Made by a program: the position numbers and the translations under genes. Positions 53,911-64,000 of a stretch of DNA of 64,000 nt are shown here, piece after piece. Every line of letters begins with the position of its first letter. Position 1 is the stretch's first letter. The notes beneath the pieces were generated by a model that saw only the letters and a list, made by a program, of their open reading frames with translations, was not told where the DNA came from and searched no databases. This DNA is from Candidatus Omnitrophota bacterium (GTDB taxonomy: Bacteria; Omnitrophota; Gorgyraeia; JACQQV01). The stretch spans positions 9,176 through 73,175 of the forward strand of contig JACQQV010000012.1 of NCBI GenBank assembly GCA_016206785.1, in the 5' to 3' direction.

Positions 53911-54594
53911 TTACGCCTCCAATTCCGAAAGGATGCGATAGGTTCGTTGGGGGAGTTCTCTTTCTGCATGACGATACAGGTACTCCAGGTGCCCCTTTAA
54001 GAGGACAAGGGCCTCCGGGGTATCCACATCATACCAAGGTCCCAAAAGACCGATGCTTCCTTCGAGATGACGATTCTGAAAGATCGTTTTCTGAAAAACT
54101 TCTTCTTCCCCCCAAGGGATATCGTTAAAAAGTTCTGGGTGAAGTTTCCTCATTCCGAGGAGGTAATACCCCCCGTCGATACTCGGCCCGATCACCACTT
54201 CATAAGGATCCAAGAGGGCAAAGGCCTCCTCCAGGTAAGCGGTTGGGAGGGTGGGGCTATCTGAACCGATCACGATACTCTTCCTTGCGCCTTGTTCAAA
54301 ACTCCAAGAAAAATAATTTCTCATTCTCTCCCCGAGATCCCTTCCCTGTTGCGGCCAGAATTTCACTTCACCCACTTTAGAAGAAAAAAAATCCCTGGCG
54401 GGGGGAACCCCCAGATAAGAGATGACCTTCACATCACAGGAAAAGTCGGAAAGTCTTTCAAGGATATCCTCGACAAAGGCTTTATAAAGACGCACCGCGT
54501 CTTCTCTTGGCAAGGCCCGCATCAAGCGGGTCTTTACCTCTTCTGCATCAGGCGTTTTCATGAAAACAGAAAGATAATTTTTCGTCTCGCTCAT
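53911..54594 (-). CDS. DUF2064/TIGR04282 family transferase (CofC-like fold)
   Basis: K.P...VKTRL, Q.G.DLGERM, IGSDSP, IGPSIDGGYYLLG, DVDT. Confidence 0.88.
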   Translation of the reverse strand: MSETKNYLSVFMKTPDAEEVKTRLMRALPREDAVRLYKAFVEDILERLSDFSCDVKVISYLGVPPARDFFSSKVGEVKFWPQQGRDLGERMRNYFSWSFEQGARKSIVIGSDSPTLPTAYLEEAFALLDPYEVVIGPSIDGGYYLLGMRKLHPELFNDIPWGEEEVFQKTIFQNRHLEGSIGLLGPWYDVDTPEALVLLKGHLEYLYRHAERELPQRTYRILSELEA

Positions 54595-55760
54595 GGTGCC
54601 AACGCATAATGCGGGATCTGTTCAAGCACATACTTCCGAATCCGGTCTACTTTGGGAAATGGATGTTTCACCCTCTTCCGGTCGATGACCCGCTCGAGAA
54701 GTTCCTCCCGCTTTCCCCCACAATGGCAATGGCGATATCGCGACGTCTGCGTGAGCGGTACAACCAGAGAAGCGTAACAGCGATGACACCGAAGAACCGA
54801 TTTTGCGCCGGAAAGTTTTCCCCGCTTGGCAAAGGGCTCCCCCTCCACCTCCACAATGTCCATCGCAAAGTCGATGCTAGAAGCGCAACTTAAGGCGGTG
54901 CCGATGCCATACCCATAGACCCAAGGGTTGAGTTTCGGAAGGTCCTCCTCATCGAGGCCGCCACTCACAAAGATCTTGACATGGGAGTGGCCGCGGAGGT
55001 CAAGTTCCCACCGAACCTCTTTGAGGATCTCAACAAAATTCCCCCGACGACTGGAAGGGGTATCCAGCCGTACCCCAAAAAGATTTTTCCCCAAAACCTC
55101 TGCGGCACGGATCGCCTCAAATTTTTCATCGGAGAGGGTATCCACGAGACAGATCCGCTTGACCTTTTTGTCGATGACCTCATGAAACGCACGAATCGCT
55201 TCTTCCGAACTTCCTAAAAGAAGAATGAGGGAATGGGGCATGGTTCCCACCGGGGCTATGCCGATAAAAGAAGCCCCCTTCGCCGAAGAAACCCCATCAC
55301 ACCCTCCCAGATAAGCGCTCCGCTCTACCATCGGTGCAAGGGCAGGGTGCATTCGACGGGACCCGAAACTGAAAAGCATCCGGTCTCCCGAAAGTTGCCG
55401 AAGGCGACTCGCCTTCGTGGCGATCCCGGAGGCTTGACAGAGAAACCCTAAAAGAGCGGTCTCAAATTGAAGAAACGAAAGGTAATCCCCTTCGAGAATG
55501 ATGACCGGCTCCCCCGTTCTGAAAACGGTCCCTTCCGGCATCGCCCAGACCGTGACAGGGAGTCGTGCAAGAAGCCTGCACGCTTCCTCTACACCGGCCA
55601 ACACCCCGTAGGGCCACTGGTGGGGAAATTTTTTCACCACAAACTCTGCTTTGACCCGACGATGGAGTTTCTTCTTCTCAAGAATCTCTTTCGCCCGGAG
55701 AAAATAGACATCGGTGACTTTCCCCCGGAGAATCTCTTCTTCTTTTGCGATATGAAGCAT
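54591..55760 (-). CDS. pncB: nicotinate phosphoribosyltransferase
   Basis: TDVYF, ETALLG, SFGSRR, GTMPH, VRLDTP, VSGGLDE, GIGT. Confidence 0.88.
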   Translation of the reverse strand: MLHIAKEEEILRGKVTDVYFLRAKEILEKKKLHRRVKAEFVVKKFPHQWPYGVLAGVEEACRLLARLPVTVWAMPEGTVFRTGEPVIILEGDYLSFLQFETALLGFLCQASGIATKASRLRQLSGDRMLFSFGSRRMHPALAPMVERSAYLGGCDGVSSAKGASFIGIAPVGTMPHSLILLLGSSEEAIRAFHEVIDKKVKRICLVDTLSDEKFEAIRAAEVLGKNLFGVRLDTPSSRRGNFVEILKEVRWELDLRGHSHVKIFVSGGLDEEDLPKLNPWVYGYGIGTALSCASSIDFAMDIVEVEGEPFAKRGKLSGAKSVLRCHRCYASLVVPLTQTSRYRHCHCGGKREELLERVIDRKRVKHPFPKVDRIRKYVLEQIPHYALAP

Positions 55761-55773
55761 TTTCTTTAAGGAA

Positions 55774-55974
55774 TCAATTTGCCCGGAACCGTATTTTTTT
55801 CAGTTCCGCCTTGATTTCCTGAAGGTCTTGGAGCATCTTCTCTTGATTCTTCAAGATGCGCCCCACTTGTGAAGAAAAGTCCTCCTCTGCACTGACCCGA
55901 GGGGCGGGCCGCACCCAGAGAAGAGCTCCTCCCAGTACCAGCGCTAAAAGGATCATTAAAATTTTTTTTGTCAT
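55774..55974 (-). CDS. small secreted/coiled-coil protein
   Basis: signal-like N-terminus, ILKNQEKMLQDLQEIKAEL; GGAGG RBS. Confidence 0.6.
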   Translation of the reverse strand: MTKKILMILLALVLGGALLWVRPAPRVSAEEDFSSQVGRILKNQEKMLQDLQEIKAELKKIRFRAN

Positions 55975-56024
55975 GGTTACCTCCCCTATTCATTATACTT
56001 TGAAAAGAAAGCGCTGTAAATCGC

Positions 56025-57158
56025 TTAAAAGATAGTGTTAAAGAGGGCTCCGAGGAGAAGGACTTGGGGGATTGTTAAAAGAACGGTCCAGAGGGCGGTC
56101 CGTTTCCCGATATTGGCCCAGAGGAGACTGATTTCCGTGTAGTCGGTGATGACGCCGGCCATGAGAAAGACGAAACTATTTCCAAAGGCGCCTGTGGAAC
56201 GATAGAGTTCGAAGGCGAGGGGGGAACTTCCTTCGGAACAGGTCTCGATCGCCGTAGCAGCCACAAGGGTGCTTAAAAGACCAAGGGGGGTGGGGCCAAA
56301 GAAACGATGAAAGATTTCTTTCGGGATAAAGGCAGAAACCGCTCCTGCCAAAACAACACCTAAAAGAACCCACGGAAGCACCATTTCGGAAAGAAACCCC
56401 ATACTCTTCAGCGTCCCTTTCAGATCTTTTCGCCACGTGGCCAATGACCATTCTCTGGCTCGAAGACGCTTCTTGAAATCTTGCCAAATGGAAAAATCAC
56501 CGGAAACACTGACGGTATTCGGATTCCTCTCTACCCACCCTCGACGAGAAAGTCCCTGAAAAAGGACCCCTGTCACCAGTGCAACTCCCATGGCGGAGAG
56601 GATGAAGACCCACCCTTTGAGGCCAAAAAGTCCTAACAAAAGAAAAGTGACGGAGAGGTTCGCCCAGGGACTTGCGAGAAGAAAGGTGACCACCGAGGCT
56701 GCAGAGGCCCCCTTTTTGTACAGGGCCATGGAAAGGGCGAGGATCCCGTGGCTACAGGCACTCGCCAGAAATCCTAAAAGTGTCGCATGCACAAGGGTTT
56801 TTCTGGAAGAACCAGCCAACACAGAAGAAATATATTCTTTTGGGATATAGTAATCGATGAGCCCTCCTAAAAAGAGACCGAGTGTTACCGCCCACCAGAT
56901 GATTTTAAGATACACGAACAGACCGTGGCGTAGGGGTTGAAGAGAGGAGAAAAGAAAGGTTAAGAATAGAAGGAGGACAAGAAGCGCAAGACTGACCATG
57001 GTTTTGGTGAGGATGCCTGTAGAAGTTGAATCCCCTTCCTGTCCAATAAACTTTTTCTGACATCTCGCAGAACAGAAAAAGTATTTTTCCCCTTTCTGTG
57101 TGGTTTGAAAGGGGGCTGTTTCCAAAACAGTCATCCCGCAGATCGGATCTTTTGGCAT
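56025..57158 (-). CDS. YHS-domain + DUF318/ArsP-type permease
   Basis: DPICGM..YFFCS..C (YHS); ACSHG, FLLASP, TCSEG permease motifs. Confidence 0.82.
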   Translation of the reverse strand: MPKDPICGMTVLETAPFQTTQKGEKYFFCSARCQKKFIGQEGDSTSTGILTKTMVSLALLVLLLFLTFLFSSLQPLRHGLFVYLKIIWWAVTLGLFLGGLIDYYIPKEYISSVLAGSSRKTLVHATLLGFLASACSHGILALSMALYKKGASAASVVTFLLASPWANLSVTFLLLGLFGLKGWVFILSAMGVALVTGVLFQGLSRRGWVERNPNTVSVSGDFSIWQDFKKRLRAREWSLATWRKDLKGTLKSMGFLSEMVLPWVLLGVVLAGAVSAFIPKEIFHRFFGPTPLGLLSTLVAATAIETCSEGSSPLAFELYRSTGAFGNSFVFLMAGVITDYTEISLLWANIGKRTALWTVLLTIPQVLLLGALFNTIF

Positions 57159-57160
57159 CC

Positions 57161-57439
57161 CTATTTCACAAATTGGTTAATGGTGGCCATCAGTTCATCA
57201 ATCTTTGTGCTCCCTTTCCCTTCCTTGACCGCGCTTGCGACACAACTTTCAATATGGCGTTTCATGACCGAAAGCGCCACCTGATCCAGCGCCCGCTGGG
57301 CTGCGGTAATCTGATTGATGATGTCGACGCAATATTTTTCTTCGTCGACCATCTTGAGAATACCCTTGATCTGCCCTTCAATCTTCCGGAGCCGCAGCAG
57401 GGCATCCTCTTTGACTTCACGGTTGATCATTGACCTCAC
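57161..57439 (-). CDS. csoR: CsoR family metal-sensing repressor
   Basis: RLRKIEGQIKGI..YCVDI..HIESC (Cys-His-Cys). Confidence 0.9.
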   Translation of the reverse strand: MRSMINREVKEDALLRLRKIEGQIKGILKMVDEEKYCVDIINQITAAQRALDQVALSVMKRHIESCVASAVKEGKGSTKIDELMATINQFVK

Positions 57440-57445
57440 CTTCCT

Positions 57446-57898
57446 TTAATCTAAATGGCTATGAGACACTGTTATTTTCCCGACATCGAATTCATAAACG
57501 AGTCGTCCTCCCAAGTAGGCCCCAAAACCTAAAACTGAAACCACTCCTGCCAATAGAATCAGATAGACGATTCGTTGAAACGGAATCTTCCATTTTAAAC
57601 TCACTAACCACCAGACACTTAACGCCGAAGAGGTGGCGAGAACCGAAATTCCTAACTTCTTGTGAAGGTTCATCACCTGATGAATTTCAAAACTATGTTT
57701 TGCGACCGCCTCTGCTCTTAAACCGCTCCAGACGGACGCCGCTGCCCCCAGGGCACCAGCCACAAGACACCATCGCGCGGTGAGCCGCCACGCCTCGATG
57801 CGGAAAACCCAAGCAAGGCATTCAAATAAAAGTGAGGCAATGAGGAGCGCGATCGGAAAATGGACAATGAGTGGATGAACGCTTTGCATCGGAAGCAT
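57446..57898 (-). CDS. DUF2231 family membrane protein
   Basis: HPLIVHFPIAL ... GGRLVY. Confidence 0.85.
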   Translation of the reverse strand: MLPMQSVHPLIVHFPIALLIASLLFECLAWVFRIEAWRLTARWCLVAGALGAAASVWSGLRAEAVAKHSFEIHQVMNLHKKLGISVLATSSALSVWWLVSLKWKIPFQRIVYLILLAGVVSVLGFGAYLGGRLVYEFDVGKITVSHSHLD

Positions 57899-58296
57899 CA
57901 GCGTACCCCGATGTGCTCCACAGCGATAAACTTCATTCCGTCCTGTTCCGTTACCTTTCCATGAACGGTGACTTCCTTGCCCGCAAAATTTGCAAGCGTC
58001 TGATTGGCGGGACTATGGTCAGACATCGTTGCAAGGTAAAGCTGGTCGTTGGAACGGATGGCGACCGGAAGTCCTCCCAAGATACATTTCTTGGCGCAAT
58101 CGGCATGCTTCGGGCCCAGTCCCTCTTTCCCGTGACTCATGTAGCAGAGAACATCGACGACTTCACCGGTCAAGCCTGCCATGCCTTCCTCTTTTTGTGA
58201 CGCCGCGTGGTGCTCTTCATCGGCCAGGGCAAGCCCCCACGTCATGAACGTGACCACCGAAAACAAAATGAACGCCTTTAAAACGCTCTGGTACAT
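57898..58296 (-). CDS. secreted protein with putative Cys/His metal site
   Basis: signal peptide; GEVVDVLCY..KHADCAKKC..GLP..VTVHGKV. Confidence 0.65.
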   Translation of the reverse strand: MYQSVLKAFILFSVVTFMTWGLALADEEHHAASQKEEGMAGLTGEVVDVLCYMSHGKEGLGPKHADCAKKCILGGLPVAIRSNDQLYLATMSDHSPANQTLANFAGKEVTVHGKVTEQDGMKFIAVEHIGVR

Positions 58297-58345
58297 CTGT
58301 TCCCCCTTTCTTAAGGTCGAGAATACTTAACGTTCGATTCTTCCG

Positions 58346-58993
58346 TCACGGCTTCTTCGCGATAAGCCGCATCATGCCATAGTGCGGCGGCGCTATGAAG
58401 TGACCCACATGGGTGACGAAGAGCCCTCCGGTCTCCAGCATCTTTCTGACCTCCTCCACACGAAACATCTTGACATACGTACGATCTGTAAGTTGCAGCC
58501 ACCGATGCATCACACGGTAAAACCAGAAGTCCCGGCACCAGTCCACGAGAACAAACCGGCCATTCGGGCGCAGCATCCTTGCGCATTCCTGAATGAACGT
58601 GGCAGGTTTGCGGACATTGTGGAGCATGTTGGCACAGAGGACCCTGTCGAATGTCTCCGGTCTGAAAGGGAGACGCTCCGCTTGAGCCATCAGGAGGGCT
58701 ACCTGCGGAAAAGAGGCGAGTCTTTTCTGCGCGATGTTGAGCATGCTTCGGGAGATATCCATTCCTATGATGCTGACGGTATCAAAGCGCTCCACAACCA
58801 TCTGTTCGAACTTTCCTGTCCCACAGCCTACGTCTAAGATATGTTCACCCCCAGAAAGATCCAGGCATTCAAATATGGCTTTAAACGTCCGCTCGCTATA
58901 ACTCCTCCATCGTCGATCGTAGTCTACTGCAAGCCGGTCGTAGTGGCCGACGGTTTCATCATAGATCGGCACTTTTTGTGCGATACATTTCAT
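58346..58993 (-). CDS. class I SAM-dependent methyltransferase (UbiE-like)
   Basis: ILDVGCGTG, DISRSML, AERLPF..FD, LRPNG; start moved to ATG 58993 (ATGA overlap). Confidence 0.88.
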   Translation of the reverse strand: MKCIAQKVPIYDETVGHYDRLAVDYDRRWRSYSERTFKAIFECLDLSGGEHILDVGCGTGKFEQMVVERFDTVSIIGMDISRSMLNIAQKRLASFPQVALLMAQAERLPFRPETFDRVLCANMLHNVRKPATFIQECARMLRPNGRFVLVDWCRDFWFYRVMHRWLQLTDRTYVKMFRVEEVRKMLETGGLFVTHVGHFIAPPHYGMMRLIAKKP

Positions 58994-61683
58994 TCCAAAC
59001 TCCGACGAGAACTGCCCGCGCGGGGCAGGGCTTTGACGATTTCCATTCCCCACAATGGAAGAGACGAAACGGCGACCATGATTCCCCAATCCAACATGGA
59101 GAGAGGTTCAGTCTTGAAAACGGGCCAGGCCCAGGGGAAATAGACAATGATATTCTGCAGGATAAATGAAATGAGGATCGCTCCGATGAGCTTCATATTT
59201 GAAAAAAGGCCGAGTGTAAAAATGGAGAGCCGCTCGCTCCGGCAATTTAAAGAATGAAAAAGTTGTGAGAGGACCAAAACGCCGAAGGCAAACGTTCTCG
59301 CCCGACCTAAGTCTTCCTTTTCGATCCACAAAACAAAGGCAAATCCGAGAAGGGTGGAAAGAGCGATGAGGGAGCCAATACCGACCATCCGGCGTAAAAA
59401 GGTGGGGGTGATGAGTTCTGTGGTAGAGCGCCGTTTCATCAGGCCCGGTTCGACTGGATCGACGCCGAGGGCAAGCGCCGGAAGCCCATCTGTCGCGATG
59501 TTGACCCAGAGGATATGAATAGGGAAAAGGGGCAGGGGCCACCCCAGAAGGGCCGCTACAAACATCGTGAGAACCTCGCCAGCGTTGCAGGAGAGAAGAT
59601 AAAAAACAAACTTTTTGATGTTTTCAAAAATGGCGCGGCCCTCTTCCACTGCTGCCACGATCGAGGCAAAATTGTCATCGGTGACGACCATGTCAGAGGC
59701 CTCCTTGGTCACATCGGTCCCGGTAATTCCCATCGCAACCCCGATATGGGCCTCTTTCACAGCAGGGGCGTCGTTTACCCCGTCGCCTGTCATCGCGACG
59801 ATTGCGCCCTGTTTTTTCCACGCTTTCACGATGCGTAACTTATGCTCTGCGGAGACACGGGCATAGACCGAAATATTCTTCACCTTCGACTCAAGCGCCT
59901 CTTGAGAAAGTGTATCTAACTGAGCCCCTGTCAAAACCTCCTCTCCCCCCCGCAAGATCCCTAATTCTTTGGCAATGGCGGATGCCGTATTGGGATGGTC
60001 TCCTGTAATCATGACGCTCCGGATCCCCGCCTCGACACAGTCCGAAACCGCGCGCTTCACCTCTTCCCGAGGAGGATCCATCATGGCCAGAAGACCTACA
60101 TAGACAAGATCTTTCTCGATCATCTGGGGCTCTATTCTTCTTGGAAGTTCTGAAATCCGGCGGTACGCTATCATCAACACGCGGAGGGCTTGCGTTGCAA
60201 GTTCTGCATTCTTATTGAGAATTGCCTCTCGGTCTTCCTCTTTTAAGGGACGGGCCTCCCCGTCGATCATCCAGTGCGTGCATTCTTTCAATACAATATC
60301 TGGCGCTCCTTTGACAAAGACAACCAGCCCCTCTTCCTCTTTCCGAATCACGGACATCTTTTTCCGTTCAGAATCAAAAGGGATTTCGGCCACCAAGGGG
60401 AAAGCTTCCTCCAATTCCTTCTTCCAAAGTCCAGCCTTTGCGGCAACGGTCAAGAGGGCCCCCTCCGTCGGGTCTCCGATAACCTCCCAATCGTTTCCCT
60501 TCTTCTGAAGATGGGCACTGTTACAGAGAATGCCGATCCGTAAAAGAAGTTCGACGTCCGAAAATTCCTTTGGAGAAACTTCCGTCTCTCCGTGATGGTA
60601 CTTCCCCTCAGGGGCATATCCTCTTCCGGAAACCGTGAGGAGTTTTTGCCCAACCACCATGGCCCTTACCGTCATCTCATTCTTGGTCAACGTCCCTGTC
60701 TTATCGGAACAGATGACCGTGGCAGAACCAAGCGTCTCAACGGAAGGGAGTTTTCGGATCAGGGCGTTTCGTTTCACCATCCGCTGGACGCCGAGCGCAA
60801 GGGATATCGTCACAACCGCAGGGAGCCCTTCCGGAATGGCTGCGACCGCAAGACTCACCGCGGTTAAGAAAAGTTCCAGAGGATCCCCCTTCCGCCAGAG
60901 CCCCAAGAAAAAAACAACGGCAACAATCCCGAAGCAGATATACACAAGGATCTTCCCGAACTTCTCGAGGCGTTCTTTGAGGGGAGTGGTTTCTTCTTCA
61001 ACGGTCTGGACGAGTTCTGCAATTTTTCCAAGTTCGGTCTGCATACCGGTAGCCACCGCGACAGCCCGACCCTTCCCCGAGGTGAGTATGGTGCCCTGAT
61101 ACACCATTGAAAACCGGTCTCCCAAGGAGGCGTTTTCCGGCGCCGGATCGGGGCGTTTCTCGACGGGGAGAGATTCTCCTGTCAGCGCCGCCTCTTGCGC
61201 CTTGAGGACGTAGCTCACGGTGATGCGCGCATCGGCTGGTACATGATCCCCCGCCTCAAGTTCCAGAAGATCCCCTACCACCACTTCCCGAGAAGGGACA
61301 AAACGCACTGCCCCATCGCGGATGATCTTCGCTCGGGGGGCTGAAAGTTTTTTCAAGGCGGCGAGTGCTTTTTCGGCACGGTATTCTTGAATAAATCCAA
61401 GAATGGCGTTCAAAATCACGATGGCAATAATAGCGAGCGCATCAATCCATTCCTTCAAAAATCCTGAAACCGCTGCCGCACCGATCAAAACCCAGATGAT
61501 AAAATCCTTGAACTGGTCCAAAAAGATTCCAAATGCGGTTGGCCCTTTTTTCTCCTTCAGTTCATTGGGACCGTCGCGCAAAAGTCGCTGGCTTGCCTCT
61601 GAAGCAGAAAGCCCCCTCGAGAGACCTGTCGAAAGAACTTGAACGATCTCTTCGATAGACGCGGCATGCCAATGTTGCGTCAC
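58990..61683 (-). CDS. P-type ATPase, P2A (Ca2+-transporting-like)
   Basis: [39 protein letters not shown]. Confidence 0.93.
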   Translation of the reverse strand: MTQHWHAASIEEIVQVLSTGLSRGLSASEASQRLLRDGPNELKEKKGPTAFGIFLDQFKDFIIWVLIGAAAVSGFLKEWIDALAIIAIVILNAILGFIQEYRAEKALAALKKLSAPRAKIIRDGAVRFVPSREVVVGDLLELEAGDHVPADARITVSYVLKAQEAALTGESLPVEKRPDPAPENASLGDRFSMVYQGTILTSGKGRAVAVATGMQTELGKIAELVQTVEEETTPLKERLEKFGKILVYICFGIVAVVFFLGLWRKGDPLELFLTAVSLAVAAIPEGLPAVVTISLALGVQRMVKRNALIRKLPSVETLGSATVICSDKTGTLTKNEMTVRAMVVGQKLLTVSGRGYAPEGKYHHGETEVSPKEFSDVELLLRIGILCNSAHLQKKGNDWEVIGDPTEGALLTVAAKAGLWKKELEEAFPLVAEIPFDSERKKMSVIRKEEEGLVVFVKGAPDIVLKECTHWMIDGEARPLKEEDREAILNKNAELATQALRVLMIAYRRISELPRRIEPQMIEKDLVYVGLLAMMDPPREEVKRAVSDCVEAGIRSVMITGDHPNTASAIAKELGILRGGEEVLTGAQLDTLSQEALESKVKNISVYARVSAEHKLRIVKAWKKQGAIVAMTGDGVNDAPAVKEAHIGVAMGITGTDVTKEASDMVVTDDNFASIVAAVEEGRAIFENIKKFVFYLLSCNAGEVLTMFVAALLGWPLPLFPIHILWVNIATDGLPALALGVDPVEPGLMKRRSTTELITPTFLRRMVGIGSLIALSTLLGFAFVLWIEKEDLGRARTFAFGVLVLSQLFHSLNCRSERLSIFTLGLFSNMKLIGAILISFILQNIIVYFPWAWPVFKTEPLSMLDWGIMVAVSSLPLWGMEIVKALPRAGSSRRSLE

Positions 61684-64000
61684 TTTTTATCTCCTTGTCT
61701 TGCGAGACCGAAATCCCCCTTCCAGATCGTATAAATCGCGGGAAGGACGATGAGGGTAAGAATCATTGAGGAAGTGAGCCCTCCGATCAGGGGGGCGGCG
61801 ATCCGTTTCATGACATCGGCGCCCGTTCCTGTTGAAAGCATGACCGGCATAAGCCCCAAGATATTCGCGCCCACCGTCATCAGTTTTGGACGGAGCCTTT
61901 GAGCGGAACCTTCCATCACGGCGTCGTAAAGATCCTGCATCGTTTTCATTTTCCCGTCCTGTTTACGGCGATTGAAGGCTTCATCCAGGTACACAATCAT
62001 AATCGAACCGGTTTCGGCCGCCACCCCCGCAAGGGCAATAAGCCCCACCCACACGGCAATACTCATGTTGTATCGTAAAAAGAAAAGGTACCAGATGCCG
62101 CCTACAAGGGCGAAGGGGACTGAGAGCATCACGATCAAGGTTTCTGTGACAGACTGGAATGTAAAATAATAGAGGACAAAAATAATAAGAAGGGTGAGCG
62201 GCACAAAAACCTTCAAGCGATTTTTGACCCTCTCCATATATTCATACTGACCGCTCCAGGAGAGGGCGTACCCGGTTGGAAGCTTTATTTTTTCACGGAC
62301 GATCCGCTTGGCCTCGGTAACATATCCCCCCACATCCCTCCCGGCCATATCCACGTAAACATAACCGGAGAGGAGACCGTTCTCATCCCGAATCATCGAA
62401 GGGCCTGAGGTAAAATGGATATCGGCAATGAGAGAAATAGGAATTTGGACTCCGGACGGGATTTGAATCAAGACGCGTTTGAGACTATCCAGGTCGTCCC
62501 TCAGCTCCCGGGCATACCGGACATTCACCGGATACCGCTCGCGTCCCTCGATGGTGGTTGTGATATTTTCACCCCCGATTGCAGACATAATGACCATCTG
62601 CGCCTCTTCGACCGAAAGCCCATAGCGGGCAAGTGCTTCCCGATTTAAATCAAAATCCAAAAAATAGCCGCCGGCAACCCGCTCGGCGTAGACACTCCGG
62701 GTTCCTTTGACCTCTTTAAGGGCCTTTTCAATCTTTTCGCCGATTCGTTCAATTTCTTTAAGATCTGATCCATAAATTTTAATTCCGATGGGGGTTCGAA
62801 CACCCGTGGATAACATGTCAATCCGATTTTTAATCGGCATCGTCCAGGCATTCGTTTGTCCTGGGAGCTGAAGTTTTTTATCCATCTCATCAACCAATTT
62901 CTCCCAAGTTATTCCCTTGCGCCAAGACTTTTTGTCTTTGAGAATGACCGTTGTCTCCACCATGGAGAAGGGAGCCGGGTCCGTTGAAGTTTCGGCACGT
63001 CCGACTTTACCAAAAACCCGCTCAACCTCTGGAAAACCCCTTAGAATTTTATCCTGAACCTGCAAAAGTTTTCCGGCCTCGGTTACAGAAAGCCCCGGAA
63101 GGGTGGTCGGCATATAAAGGATACTCCCTTCATTCAAGGGGGGCATAAACTCTGAGCCCATCATGAGAAATGCGGGAGTGGTCATCAGCATACCGAGGAA
63201 GGCAAACACCACAATCATTTTCCTGTGTTCAATGGCCTTATGAACCAGGGGGGTATAAAGCCGGATGAGCCATTGACTGATGGGATGTTTATCCTCCGAG
63301 ATAATTTTTCCTCGTAAGAAAACCATAATAAGGGCAGGGGTTAAGGTAATCGCCAAAAGGGCCGAGAAAAAGATCGCATAATTTTTAGTAAAGGCAAGCG
63401 GTTTAAAAAGCCGTCCCTCCTGGGCTTCGAGGGTAAAGATGGGGATAAAGGCAACCGCCAAAACAACAAGAGAAGCAAAAATCGGAGGGCCCACCTCTTT
63501 CATCGACTGAATCAAAATTTCCTCCCGTGTTCCTTTGCGAATTCCTTTCCCCCACTCATCGAGTCTCTTGTGGGCATTCTCGACGAAGACAATTGAAGCG
63601 TCCACCATATCGCCAATCGCGACCACGATCCCGCCGAGAGACATGATATTGGCGGTGAGCCTCATCCAACTCATCGGGAGAAAGGCAATGAGGGTCGCGA
63701 TGGGAAGCGTAATAATCGGAATCATTGCGGAGGGGATATGAAGAAGGAAAAAAAGAATCATGACACTTACGATGATAAGTTCTTGAATGAGATTCTGTTT
63801 CACTGTATCGATAGAACGTTTGATAAGGTCCCCGCGGTCATAGGTCGTCAGAATCCTAACCCCTTCGGGAAGTGAGGGTTCAATCTCTTTAAGTTTCACT
63901 TTAACCCGGTCGATCACCCGAAGGGCATTCTCCCCATAGCGCATGACAACGATTCCTCCAACCACCTCCCCTTCCCCATCGAGTTCTGAAAGCCCTCTCC
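61680..64000 (-). CDS. cusA: CusA/CzcA heavy-metal efflux RND permease (5' part outside window)
   Basis: ANIMSLGG..AIGDMVD, EGRLFKPLAFTK, EFMPPLNEG, DPAPFSM, WTMPIKNRIDMLSTG, RLRPKLMT. Confidence 0.93.
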   Translation of the reverse strand, partial: RGLSELDGEGEVVGGIVVMRYGENALRVIDRVKVKLKEIEPSLPEGVRILTTYDRGDLIKRSIDTVKQNLIQELIIVSVMILFFLLHIPSAMIPIITLPIATLIAFLPMSWMRLTANIMSLGGIVVAIGDMVDASIVFVENAHKRLDEWGKGIRKGTREEILIQSMKEVGPPIFASLVVLAVAFIPIFTLEAQEGRLFKPLAFTKNYAIFFSALLAITLTPALIMVFLRGKIISEDKHPISQWLIRLYTPLVHKAIEHRKMIVVFAFLGMLMTTPAFLMMGSEFMPPLNEGSILYMPTTLPGLSVTEAGKLLQVQDKILRGFPEVERVFGKVGRAETSTDPAPFSMVETTVILKDKKSWRKGITWEKLVDEMDKKLQLPGQTNAWTMPIKNRIDMLSTGVRTPIGIKIYGSDLKEIERIGEKIEKALKEVKGTRSVYAERVAGGYFLDFDLNREALARYGLSVEEAQMVIMSAIGGENITTTIEGRERYPVNVRYARELRDDLDSLKRVLIQIPSGVQIPISLIADIHFTSGPSMIRDENGLLSGYVYVDMAGRDVGGYVTEAKRIVREKIKLPTGYALSWSGQYEYMERVKNRLKVFVPLTLLIIFVLYYFTFQSVTETLIVMLSVPFALVGGIWYLFFLRYNMSIAVWVGLIALAGVAAETGSIMIVYLDEAFNRRKQDGKMKTMQDLYDAVMEGSAQRLRPKLMTVGANILGLMPVMLSTGTGADVMKRIAAPLIGGLTSSMILTLIVLPAIYTIWKGDFGLARQGDKK

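Noticed and set aside
1-64000. CRISPR arrays, rRNA, prophage, integrase or IS transposase
   Set aside because: No regularly spaced repeats, rRNA-like tracts, phage genes or recombinase/transposase motifs were recognised

Overview
Bacterial chromosomal window, gene-dense and almost entirely minus-strand. The lineage may be Omnitrophota/PVC-like, but that is only an inference from the style of one large gene. (1) 1-16 kb is an accessory-looking block downstream of tRNA-Gln(CTG). It holds a Fic gene, a Phd/RelE toxin-antitoxin pair, and two copies of a riboswitch-like leader resembling nhaA-I (Li+/Na+ class), each with an overlapping terminator. One leader precedes a histidine kinase and sigma54 activator that sit next to a sigma54-promoted peptidoglycan-binding operon. 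The other precedes an osmotic-stress operon (mscS, YccA, hflKC, Na+/solute symporter, membrane-sensor-fused otsA, otsB), with an IR-bounded GIY-YIG gene inserted between otsA and otsB. (2) 16-29 kb is housekeeping (gltX, fused IOR, dxs, ispA, xseAB, ymdB, rny, 5-FCL, Rrf2). (3) 28968-33764 is the standout: a 1598-aa signal-peptide protein cut into unrelated modules by five copies of an (A/T)(R/L)DG(A/G)(E/D/R) motif. The modules are helical, TPR-like, triple HTH-like and an intact cofactor-dependent phosphoglycerate mutase, which suggests a secreted cargo polyprotein. (4) 34-64 kb holds an Fe-S/heme-related operon, a peptidoglycan-scavenging cluster, citrate synthase, a Fur-boxed TonB receptor-ExbBD-TonB-ZIP operon, a DUF2064/CcdA/TlpA/GT2 block and a CsoR/CusA metal cluster. 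All calls come from reading motifs by eye; no searches were run.
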